Below, one piece after another: positions 54,790-62,936 of a stretch of DNA of 64,000 bases. The number at the start of each line of letters is the position of its first letter. Position 1 is the stretch's first letter. The translations under genes were made by a program, and so were the position numbers. The notes beneath the pieces were generated by a model. It saw only the letters and a program-made list of their open reading frames with translations. It was not told where the DNA came from and ran no database searches. Source of the DNA: an uncultured Nitrososphaera sp. (lineage in GTDB: Archaea > Thermoproteota > Nitrososphaeria > Nitrososphaerales > Nitrososphaeraceae). The stretch spans positions 79,988 through 143,987 of the forward strand of contig CAZKXR010000001.1 in the NCBI GenBank assembly GCA_964556935.1, read 5' to 3'.

Positions 54790-55095
54790 ATGTCCAAGGG
54801 AGTCTGGCTCGATAACATCTCCGGCAGCTGGCGCGATGTCAGATGCCCCTGCGGAAGCACATTTCATTTCCGCGGCAAGATAGACGATCTCTTTGCATGG
54901 GAACGAATACATCTGCGCCACATGGCCTCCGACTACGACAATCATGAGATGCTGTCCTTCTACCCAAAGGACATGGTGATAATCTACCACTCTACTTCTG
55001 GCTACGTGATTGAAAGACGGAAACACAAAAAAGAAGAGATAGGCGAGGTCAACCAGGCTCGCATGTACGGGCAGGTTAAACTGGCCGGCGTCTAG
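54790..55095 (+). CDS. Hypothetical small protein
   Basis: 101-aa ORF. No family recognised. Confidence 0.4.
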   Translation: MSKGVWLDNISGSWRDVRCPCGSTFHFRGKIDDLFAWERIHLRHMASDYDNHEMLSFYPKDMVIIYHSTSGYVIERRKHKKEEIGEVNQARMYGQVKLAGV

Positions 55096-55461
55096 TTACT
55101 TTTCCATCGGTTCCCACAGAGCAAAGGTGTTGTTTTCCGTATCCGTACACACGGCAAACCACCCGTAGGTTGGAACTTCTGTCTTGGGGACCATGACTTT
55201 TCCTCCAAGCCTTTCTACTTTCTTGGAATAGTCATCAACCGAGTTGACACCGATGTAATTCGTTATGGTGTGCTGCGGATGCTGTCTTTTCATCATGCCG
55301 CCTCCTATGGTCTCTTTGCCATTCTCGTCGGTGGTACGAAACATCCAGTATTCCATCTGTCCGGGAATCTTTTCTATCTTCCATCCAAAAAGATCGCCGT
55401 AGAATTTCTTTGCGCGTTCTACGTCGTCCGTTGGTATCTCAAAATGAACTATTGTCGCCAT
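55096..55461 (-). CDS. VOC/glyoxalase-bleomycin-resistance family protein
   Basis: HFEIPTDD..RAKKFY..FGW and the beta-alpha-beta-beta-beta pattern; 121 aa. Confidence 0.8.
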   Translation of the reverse strand: MATIVHFEIPTDDVERAKKFYGDLFGWKIEKIPGQMEYWMFRTTDENGKETIGGGMMKRQHPQHTITNYIGVNSVDDYSKKVERLGGKVMVPKTEVPTYGWFAVCTDTENNTFALWEPMEK

Positions 55462-55548
55462 ACATCATTACCTCTTGCTAGTAGATATAAAAAAGTAATA
55501 TATTAATAGGTAGGTGAATCGCAGGTAATCAGGTAAAGGCGCGGTAAG

Positions 55549-55944
55549 TTGTCCATCGATTTTGCCAATGCAATGCAGCAGCTGAAGCGCTGTCCCATCG
55601 ATTTTACATTTCAGGTGATCGGCAAGAAATTCGCTGTGCTCATACTGCGCAACATGATGCATATTGGCCATGTACGGTTTAACGAATTTCTGACGATTGA
55701 AGGCATCAACCCCAAGACGCTTTCACAGAGGCTTAAGGAGATGCAGAAAACCGGCCTTGTAGAACGCAAGGTGTACCCCGGCACACCAGTCAAGGTAGAG
55801 TACCATCTTACAGATAGGGGCTTGGCGTTAAAACCTCTTCTCGATCAGATGATAGCCTTTTCAATACAGCATTATCCAAAAGAAGTTTGCATGGACGGAA
55901 AACCCAAGACGCTGGAGGATCTGTACGGCAAGCCTAGGAATTGA
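55549..55944 (+). CDS. HxlR-family winged-helix transcriptional regulator
   Basis: CPIDFTFQVIGKKFAVLILRNM...RFNEF...I..KTLSQRLKEM...GLVERKVY...PVKVEY.LT..G. TTG start at 55549, or ATG 55573. Confidence 0.8.
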   Translation: MSIDFANAMQQLKRCPIDFTFQVIGKKFAVLILRNMMHIGHVRFNEFLTIEGINPKTLSQRLKEMQKTGLVERKVYPGTPVKVEYHLTDRGLALKPLLDQMIAFSIQHYPKEVCMDGKPKTLEDLYGKPRN

Positions 55945-56255
55945 GGCTGCCGGCGCAATCGCATCGATCCGAATAACGCATCTACGCTCAGTGTCTGTAT
56001 AATCCAACTTTCTAGTGCCGTGTTTGAATGGCCTCGTATAGCCCCTGATGGTGTGTTCTCGTACTCGAAGAGTCTGATTCTGATCTTTTTGTTGAACTTG
56101 CCGCTGACTAGATGGCATTCGTGGCCTTGCTTATTGCAATGGTCTGTGTTTTCATGTTTTACCTAAATCAAGAGAACAGCCTTTCGGCGGAAGGGAATTG
56201 CATGTCTGATTTCAACATACAACTTTATTTACGATGACTATGCAATTGTAATTAA

Positions 56256-57443
56256 ATGGGATCAATGGAACTTGCAGTCAGGATAAACGGAGTCCTTCCT
56301 GATGTAGCGGCTGGACCCGGTGAGGCGAATACTTCAGTTTCAATATACGCGTCTGATTTCCATCTACTCGTGGATGCAGGAAACGGCGTTTCTGCCAGTC
56401 TTAAAGCCGGCCAACCGCAATTGGGCAGGCCGATGCCGGACGCTATCCTGATCACGCATGCTGAAAATGAACACATAAGCGATTTGCCATCGTTGGTTTC
56501 TCAGTTAAACGTCAGGATATTTTGCACGACTGATTGCATGAATCAGGTAATCAACAAGCTACCGTCTCTTGCTGACAAGCAAGCCATGTTTACAGCCATC
56601 CAGCCGGGCCAGACTTTTGAAGCAGGTCCGTTTTCAGTGACTCCCGTGGCCGCGGAAAACTCGGGTGATGAGCCGGGTTACCCAGGCTCTGTCATCTATG
56701 TCGTCAGAATTGGGGATAGGAAGATAATTGCAGGCTGGGACTTTCTTACGCTGCTCAATGCCGAGCAGAATCTGATGTGGAATCCTGATCTGTTGTTGCT
56801 GGGAACAGAGACCTACAACGAGCATCCGTCCACCGGCATGATCTCTGTCTCTGAAGCATACGATATCGTCCGGCGATGGAACGCCAAGGACTGCTACGTG
56901 CTTCATTACAGCGGCGAAAAGGACGTGGAGGATAAACGGAACCAGTGGCACAGGGGCCCTGTCGGACCGCTGGCTCCAGACGAGCTTCAGAAAGTCATTA
57001 ACGATCATCTGCTTGTTACCGGACAAGAAGGCAAGTTTGCAATCACGGTCGCCCGGCAGGGTATGGTGTGGACGCCGGCTGCAAAGGTGGAGGAGGAAGG
57101 ACCGGTTGGAAAGAAGATCGAAATCGAGGCTCTGGAAAAGTACGTGTTCAGCCTTGAAAAGCTGCCCGATGGCAAGGTGGCTCTGTCCATCGAAGACAGC
57201 GTAAACCGGCTGACTTCAGAGTTCATCAACCCGCGGCTGGGAGGCGACGGCAAGTCGCTAAACACCGATGCAATCAAAAGCATGATGATGAAAGGCCCGG
57301 AACTTCATCTCAGCGTGTCAGAATCTTCAGTAAGGATGGACGTCATGAAGGGTAAGAAGCCCACGTTTGCCAGGGATATCCCAGTCAGCGAGCAGGATGC
57401 ACGGAAGCTGGTTAGATACCTTCAGGAGAACTTTACCGCCTAA
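56256..57443 (+). CDS. Metallo-beta-lactamase-fold-like protein with a degenerate metal motif and an extra C-terminal domain
   Basis: LLVDAGNG...AILITHAENEHISD occupies the position of the MBL HxHxDH motif but reads H-A-E-N-E-H. The roughly 130-aa C-terminal extension is unrecognised. Confidence 0.45.
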   Translation: MGSMELAVRINGVLPDVAAGPGEANTSVSIYASDFHLLVDAGNGVSASLKAGQPQLGRPMPDAILITHAENEHISDLPSLVSQLNVRIFCTTDCMNQVINKLPSLADKQAMFTAIQPGQTFEAGPFSVTPVAAENSGDEPGYPGSVIYVVRIGDRKIIAGWDFLTLLNAEQNLMWNPDLLLLGTETYNEHPSTGMISVSEAYDIVRRWNAKDCYVLHYSGEKDVEDKRNQWHRGPVGPLAPDELQKVINDHLLVTGQEGKFAITVARQGMVWTPAAKVEEEGPVGKKIEIEALEKYVFSLEKLPDGKVALSIEDSVNRLTSEFINPRLGGDGKSLNTDAIKSMMMKGPELHLSVSESSVRMDVMKGKKPTFARDIPVSEQDARKLVRYLQENFTA

Positions 57444-57451
57444 ATGCGCGG

Positions 57452-58303
57452 CTAATCGCTCAAGAATCTGTGTAGTATCTGACAGGCCAGAGCTGGTTTC
57501 TCGGCAAAGGGGGCGTGTCCTGCATCGTTTATTACCACACTTTCTGCGTTTTTTAATTCTCTTTTGAATGTCTGGTAGTAATCAAGCGGTATCAGCCTGT
57601 CCTCGCTTCCCCACATTATAAGGACCGGAATGCCGCCATCGTTAATTTTCCGGAGCCTGTCAGTTCCGAGCCGGGTTTTCGTGCTGTTGTAGAAAGCCGA
57701 CCGGAAGGCATGCTTTGCATTTGGCTGGCTGATCCTGTAGATGAATCCATTAACCAAAACCTCTGGGATCCTGACCGGGTTTGCCACCAGTTGCTCAAAT
57801 ACACTTCTTACCGATTGCTTTGATGGATTCATTGCCGCATCCAGGTACTGCTCAAGCAGGGGTGTCGGACCGTCAAGCATTCCAGACGAGTCTACCAGCA
57901 CCAGTCTGCCGACAAGAGGCCTGTTCTCTATGGCCAATTCAGCAGCTATGTATCCGCCAAGTGAATGGCCCACTATGCATGTCCTGCCGTCGTCTATTCG
58001 GGTTTCATGCATGAACCTGATGATAACCTTCGCAAAATTCTCTATGGTGTAGTCCATATTGGCAGGCCTGTCGCTTCCTCCAAATCCCGGCAGGTCGACG
58101 GCAACCGTATGCAGGCCTGACAATGACAACGCGTCGGGTATGTCAAGCCACCTGTCAGAAGAAGAGCCCAGGCCATGGATAAACAGTACGTGTCTTTTAT
58201 CGGAAATGGAATGGCTTTTTGTATTGTCATCTCTAACCGCGTTGTCGGCTGACTCTAGATACCTTATTTTCAGGCCATCCACGTTGACAAAGGCTTCTCT
58301 CAA
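57452..58303 (-). CDS. Alpha/beta-fold hydrolase
   Basis: HVLFIHGLGSS, nucleophile elbow GHSLGG, and C-terminal GH in DAGHAPF. Confidence 0.85.
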   Translation of the reverse strand: MREAFVNVDGLKIRYLESADNAVRDDNTKSHSISDKRHVLFIHGLGSSSDRWLDIPDALSLSGLHTVAVDLPGFGGSDRPANMDYTIENFAKVIIRFMHETRIDDGRTCIVGHSLGGYIAAELAIENRPLVGRLVLVDSSGMLDGPTPLLEQYLDAAMNPSKQSVRSVFEQLVANPVRIPEVLVNGFIYRISQPNAKHAFRSAFYNSTKTRLGTDRLRKINDGGIPVLIMWGSEDRLIPLDYYQTFKRELKNAESVVINDAGHAPFAEKPALACQILHRFLSD

Positions 58304-58360
58304 CGCGCCTTTCTTGTTTGATACTAAACATTAATCTTCTTAATTATCCTCTTTTTCTTG

Positions 58361-58888
58361 ATGAAGATCGGGATAATATCAGACACGCATGACGACGTTG
58401 ACAATGTAAGAGAAGCGATCAGGATATTCGATGAAAGAAACGTCGAGCTTGTCATTCATGCCGGTGATTACATCTTTCCCGGCGTGGTAAAAGAGTTCAA
58501 GGCTCTCAAAGGCGCAAAACTGGTAGGAGTGTTGGGAAACAATGACGGGGAGCGGACCGGCCTGCTGCACAGCTTTCTTGAGATCGGCGGCCAGCTTTTG
58601 GGCGAGCTTGGAGAGCTGGAAATCGACGACATAAAACTTGGAATCTATCACGGGACCAGTGAAGAGATAAAGCAAATGCTTGCCAGCAGCAAAAAGTACG
58701 ATATCCTTGTATGCGGCCACACGCACAAAAAAGAGCCAAAAGAAAACAGAGGCAGGATAGGCCAAGGAACATTCGTCCTGAATCCGGGCTCTGCACACAG
58801 AAGGGTTGAGAACGTTCCGGTATTCGAGCAGGCCGGAATCATGATTCTCGACACGCAAACAAAGGAGTACGACTATATGCAGCTTTGA
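58361..58888 (+). CDS. MJ0936/YfcE-type metallophosphoesterase
   Basis: ISDTHDD, HAGD, GNND and GHTH motifs. ORF track 58358 is a TTG just before ATG 58361. Confidence 0.85.
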   Translation: MKIGIISDTHDDVDNVREAIRIFDERNVELVIHAGDYIFPGVVKEFKALKGAKLVGVLGNNDGERTGLLHSFLEIGGQLLGELGELEIDDIKLGIYHGTSEEIKQMLASSKKYDILVCGHTHKKEPKENRGRIGQGTFVLNPGSAHRRVENVPVFEQAGIMILDTQTKEYDYMQL

Positions 58889-58920
58889 GCCTTCTGTGGT
58901 CTTGAGCTTTTGCAGCATTG

Positions 58921-61900
58921 TTACTTTACATGGACGCTGACCAGATCTTTGCGCACAAAGCGCGTATTTAGGATAGGGCACATTCCTGAGGCCGTGACTA
59001 TTACGTTGTAGCTTCCGGAATTCTTGGTCTCTCTGAACTGCCCTACAAGAACACCGGTTCCCGCGCCGATTGAGGGAACTGTTGGCGACACGATGCCCGG
59101 AACAGTAACTACTGGCAGCGGCGTCACGACAGATACGTCTGGAACGGTAACAGCAGTGCCCGAGAACAAATTTCCAAGCCCGATCCGCCTCAACGTGTCA
59201 GAAGACGTGCTCTTGAGGTTTACTGTGCTACTGGCAGTCGCAAATATGTCGGTTTCTTTTAGCATCTTGTTGCGCAAAGCCGCCAGCTTGGCCATGTCCT
59301 GCGGCATTTTGTCGCCCCGGCTTGACACGACTATCTTCTGCAGTTGAGAGGCGTACTTCGCCATTAAATCCGGTATGCCTGTTGCTAGGGTCTTGACATT
59401 GCAAGTTGCCGCAAACCCTTTGATAGGCATTTTGCCGTTGTAGACCTGGGCGGCAATCGTTATGGGGACGCCCCTAACCGCATGCTTGGGGAAAAGGGAA
59501 GCTGCTAACTTGAGCGGCGACTTGACAAATCCGCCAACGGTGTAACGAACGTGTGTATTTTCATGTGTCTTTACTTCCACGAACCATTGCCCGGGTATTG
59601 GCTCTTGGAGTTTAAAGATAACATAACCCTCGCCTTCTATGCGCCGAAGGTAGCCGTAATCGGAATTTAACAGCCGTCCACGAGGATCGCGCAGCCGCAC
59701 ATTGACTTCATTGGGTTTGCTTGGTTCGCCAGAAACAAATTTCAGCTTGGAGTCGGCCCATGAGACGGTAAAGGTCACCTCGCTGGCATACGCGTCTACA
59801 AAGGCCGGCAGACGGCTGCTGGAAGCCGTGGCCGAATCGTTAACAATTATGCTGTCGCCGCTGACCTGCCCTCTTATGTAATTGTATATCTCAAAAAGGT
59901 CGTCGATGGTTGGCATGTAGTAGTATCGGCCGCTGGTGGTACTGGCAATCTGTTCTAGCAGAGTCTGGTCCGATGCAGGACCCATGGCGCAGGTATAAAC
60001 CGGCAGGTTTGGAGGAAGCAAGGCTACTGCGTCCAGCGCAGAGGGTTTTGATGGGTTTGCAGGGTCACAACCCTTGTTATCATAACCGTCTGACAGTAAC
60101 ACGACGGCTTTGGCTCCAGCAACGGTGGCCGTGTTCAGCAGATCCCGGGCTTTCAGTATGCCATCGCCCATGTATGTGCAGCCTCCAAATCCCATGCCAT
60201 CGATCTCACCTTTAGCAGCATCGCGGACAGGCTGGCCTGTTATGGTTTGTACAGCTGGAGACGCGCCTGTCGGATATTCTACCGCCCCGGTGCTGCCGAA
60301 ACTTACAACTCCGACCTGATCATCCACGCTCATCATGTCTACGAACTGCTTGCTGCTGATTCTGGTGACATTTTCGTAACCAAAAGTCACCATGCTTCCA
60401 GAACGGTCTATTGCTGGCACGACGCTGACCGGAGTTGCGGATGGAACCTCTGCATTGTCTATAACAAGTGCAAAATCCTGCCAGGGAGTGGCGTCAAAGG
60501 GAGGCCTTGCATTCATGCTTAGACCTGAAGCTATAACCCGCACCTGATAGACTCCATTTGGATTCTGGATGTAAACGCATTCTGTATTGTTGCGATCGTC
60601 AAAAGCACCACCAGTTGCAGAAAACCCGTTGTTAAACACATTTCCTCTGTAGACGTTGCCGGTGGAATCCTCTGTCACTTCGAGATCAAGGTCGTTTACC
60701 AGAGCAGGGTTAGCGTTGGCGGCCCCCGGCGCATCCGTCCACACAAGTGTAATCCGCATTGGACGCGCTGTATCCACCGGAGATACTCTTATCTGATATT
60801 CCTGACCGTTTGCAGTAAAAGCGTGCCGCTGGTCAGAAATGATCTTGGGCCCCCTGTTGGTGGCAGGGGCCTGCAGCATGATGTTTTCAAGGTTCACTCT
60901 GCCCCAGCCCTGGTCGTTGTTGGGTATGTTTGCAATCGGGATCTGATTTCCAGCTGCATCAACGCGGCGGGTAGATCCGCCGGCAATATCCACTGCCCCG
61001 TTGACGAGCAGTGCCTTGAGCAGAGCGGCGCTGGGGTTTGCTCCCCCGGTTCTGTTACGCCACCATTCAAACAACAAGGCGCACATGCCCGCAACATGAG
61101 GGGCAGCCATGGAAGTACCGCTATTATCATAATGATTGCTATGCGCTGTTCCACCGGTATCTGTGTAGGCAGTTCTTGGTTGCTGTATTCCCGGCGTTCC
61201 GGGGTTTGAATCAACGGTGGGCCCGGGTCGAACTGAAATTATGTTTGCACCGGGAGCCACGATGTTGGGCAGTATGCGCCCGTCCACAGCGGGGCCGCGG
61301 CTGGAGCTCTGCCTCAATCCCCTGATGTCATCAAGGTCCCCTTCGCCGGGCCGGAAGTTCAAGGAATTGCCCACCACGATGGCGTTCTTGGCCTCTGATG
61401 GCTCGCCAATGGTTGAGTTGTTGGGACCAGAATTTCCTGCGGCAAAAACAATTGCTAGGTTTTCGAGAGTCGCCGTGCCAGTGTTTGGGTCACGCACCAG
61501 CTGATCAAGGGTCCTGCACAGGGCAGTGTACCCCTGATTGAACAGGGCGACTCCCGCGTTGGCCGTCCCCCAACTGTTGTTCATGACGTTGGAATTGTTT
61601 GTGACGGCGCCTTGCACCCATGCATTCAGGTTGATGGCGACGCCGCCAGCTATGGCGTTTATGCTGCCGAAATTCGCGTTTGGAGCCATTCCTTGGCCAA
61701 GAACAAAACCCTGCGGATCAGCGTCCCCGCTTGTCCCGTTACCTGCCGCGATGCCGGCGACATGGGTTCCATGCCCGTTGCGGTCCACGGTAATGGCGCC
61801 GCCTGTCTGGTCAAGGAAAAAGGCCATTCTCCCTGCCAGGTCTGCCTGCATGGTGGCATTGTTATGGGTATCAATGCCGCTGTCGCAGATAGCAATGGTA

Positions 61901-62754
61901 ACGCCGTTTCCGTTCACGCCGAGACCTGTCAGCGTGTTTGCGTAACCAGTGTTAGGCCCGGTATTGGGCGCAGCATTTCCGTCCAAATCACCTGCAGCTA
62001 TCTGGCAAGAACGTTCATCAAGGAGTATTGATTCGGGATGGAAGTCAAGCCACCGGACATCTTGAAGACTTGCGATCTTGCTCAGTCTGCTTGCATCAAG
62101 TTCAGCAATAATTGAAACAAACCTGCCGGAAGCATTATCATCTTTTGAAACGATCTTCCCTTTTGACTCCTCTATCTGTTTGTAGAGCAAGGCTGTGTCA
62201 CCGCTGCCAAGAAAACCTATGTTCACGCGCACATTACCACGCATCTTTAAAAGACGGGAGGAGACCTTGTACGCTGGCTGGAAAAGGCCCGTCCATGCAA
62301 CAAAAGGCATCTTTTTAAGCTTGTTTACGTCTTCAGCGCTTCCAACAACGAAAAGCCCGTAGCTTGAGATTTTTTCAACGACATCTAGGCCCTGAGACTC
62401 AATTTCATGTATCCACTCTTCGGTGGGCGGTCCGATCAGCTGCACAAGGTGATGTCGCCACACTTTCTCACTCGATTTCGGCACCTGTAACTCCTTGGGT
62501 ATCTCGGGGAGTTTTTCTTCAATGTTGATCTTGTAAGGACCGACGACAAGTATGTTGGTGTCGGGCAGTAATTTGATGCGAAATCCCTTCTTTTCCAGCT
62601 TTGCAAATTGTTGCTTGCTTCCTCTCACCAGCACACCGGAAGGAAACTCGTACTCAACTGCACATCCTGCATTACGAGCCTCACTGCTCTCTGCAATCAC
62701 GCTGTCTTTGGTTCTGACCACACCTTTTTGCGCAATCAATGCCTTGAAGGCCAT
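58921..62754 (-). CDS. 1277-aa subtilisin-like (S8) serine protease fused to a von Willebrand A domain and several beta-sandwich domains; no signal peptide
   Basis: Catalytic triad motifs: ICDSGID (D291), HGTHVAG (H328), GTSMAAPHVAG (S548), oxyanion AAGNSG. A post-catalytic beta-sandwich follows (RITLVWTDAPG). The vWA domain has MIDAS DRSGS (783-787) and VVLLSDG. The N-terminus MAFKALIAQKGVVRTKDS is hydrophilic. Confidence 0.85.
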   Translation of the reverse strand: MAFKALIAQKGVVRTKDSVIAESSEARNAGCAVEYEFPSGVLVRGSKQQFAKLEKKGFRIKLLPDTNILVVGPYKINIEEKLPEIPKELQVPKSSEKVWRHHLVQLIGPPTEEWIHEIESQGLDVVEKISSYGLFVVGSAEDVNKLKKMPFVAWTGLFQPAYKVSSRLLKMRGNVRVNIGFLGSGDTALLYKQIEESKGKIVSKDDNASGRFVSIIAELDASRLSKIASLQDVRWLDFHPESILLDERSCQIAAGDLDGNAAPNTGPNTGYANTLTGLGVNGNGVTIAICDSGIDTHNNATMQADLAGRMAFFLDQTGGAITVDRNGHGTHVAGIAAGNGTSGDADPQGFVLGQGMAPNANFGSINAIAGGVAINLNAWVQGAVTNNSNVMNNSWGTANAGVALFNQGYTALCRTLDQLVRDPNTGTATLENLAIVFAAGNSGPNNSTIGEPSEAKNAIVVGNSLNFRPGEGDLDDIRGLRQSSSRGPAVDGRILPNIVAPGANIISVRPGPTVDSNPGTPGIQQPRTAYTDTGGTAHSNHYDNSGTSMAAPHVAGMCALLFEWWRNRTGGANPSAALLKALLVNGAVDIAGGSTRRVDAAGNQIPIANIPNNDQGWGRVNLENIMLQAPATNRGPKIISDQRHAFTANGQEYQIRVSPVDTARPMRITLVWTDAPGAANANPALVNDLDLEVTEDSTGNVYRGNVFNNGFSATGGAFDDRNNTECVYIQNPNGVYQVRVIASGLSMNARPPFDATPWQDFALVIDNAEVPSATPVSVVPAIDRSGSMVTFGYENVTRISSKQFVDMMSVDDQVGVVSFGSTGAVEYPTGASPAVQTITGQPVRDAAKGEIDGMGFGGCTYMGDGILKARDLLNTATVAGAKAVVLLSDGYDNKGCDPANPSKPSALDAVALLPPNLPVYTCAMGPASDQTLLEQIASTTSGRYYYMPTIDDLFEIYNYIRGQVSGDSIIVNDSATASSSRLPAFVDAYASEVTFTVSWADSKLKFVSGEPSKPNEVNVRLRDPRGRLLNSDYGYLRRIEGEGYVIFKLQEPIPGQWFVEVKTHENTHVRYTVGGFVKSPLKLAASLFPKHAVRGVPITIAAQVYNGKMPIKGFAATCNVKTLATGIPDLMAKYASQLQKIVVSSRGDKMPQDMAKLAALRNKMLKETDIFATASSTVNLKSTSSDTLRRIGLGNLFSGTAVTVPDVSVVTPLPVVTVPGIVSPTVPSIGAGTGVLVGQFRETKNSGSYNVIVTASGMCPILNTRFVRKDLVSVHVK

Positions 62755-62936
62755 TTTCTCAACAGAGAAACGTAGAACAACAGGTAGTTAATAAAGGACA
62801 TAAGCTTGGGAAACCAACCAGAAAGCACACACCGCCTTCACCATTTTTCATTCTCTGGTCATGGATGATTACTGATATTTTGATGCAGTTCATGAGGACT
62901 TGAAACCTTATTAGTTATTGATTGTGTTCTGGAAAC

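Noticed and set aside
56045-56095. CTGATGG ... CTGA..CTGA followed by TCTTTTTG, a possible C/D-box sRNA in the 312-nt spacer after the HxlR gene.
   Set aside because: The C box deviates from RUGAUGA. There is no C'/D' pair, and the guide spacing (22 nt) does not fit the usual spacing of about 12 nt.
55861-56118. 85-aa reverse-strand ORF overlapping the 3' end of the HxlR gene.
   Set aside because: It overlaps a confident gene, has a basic low-complexity product and shows no promoter-like element.
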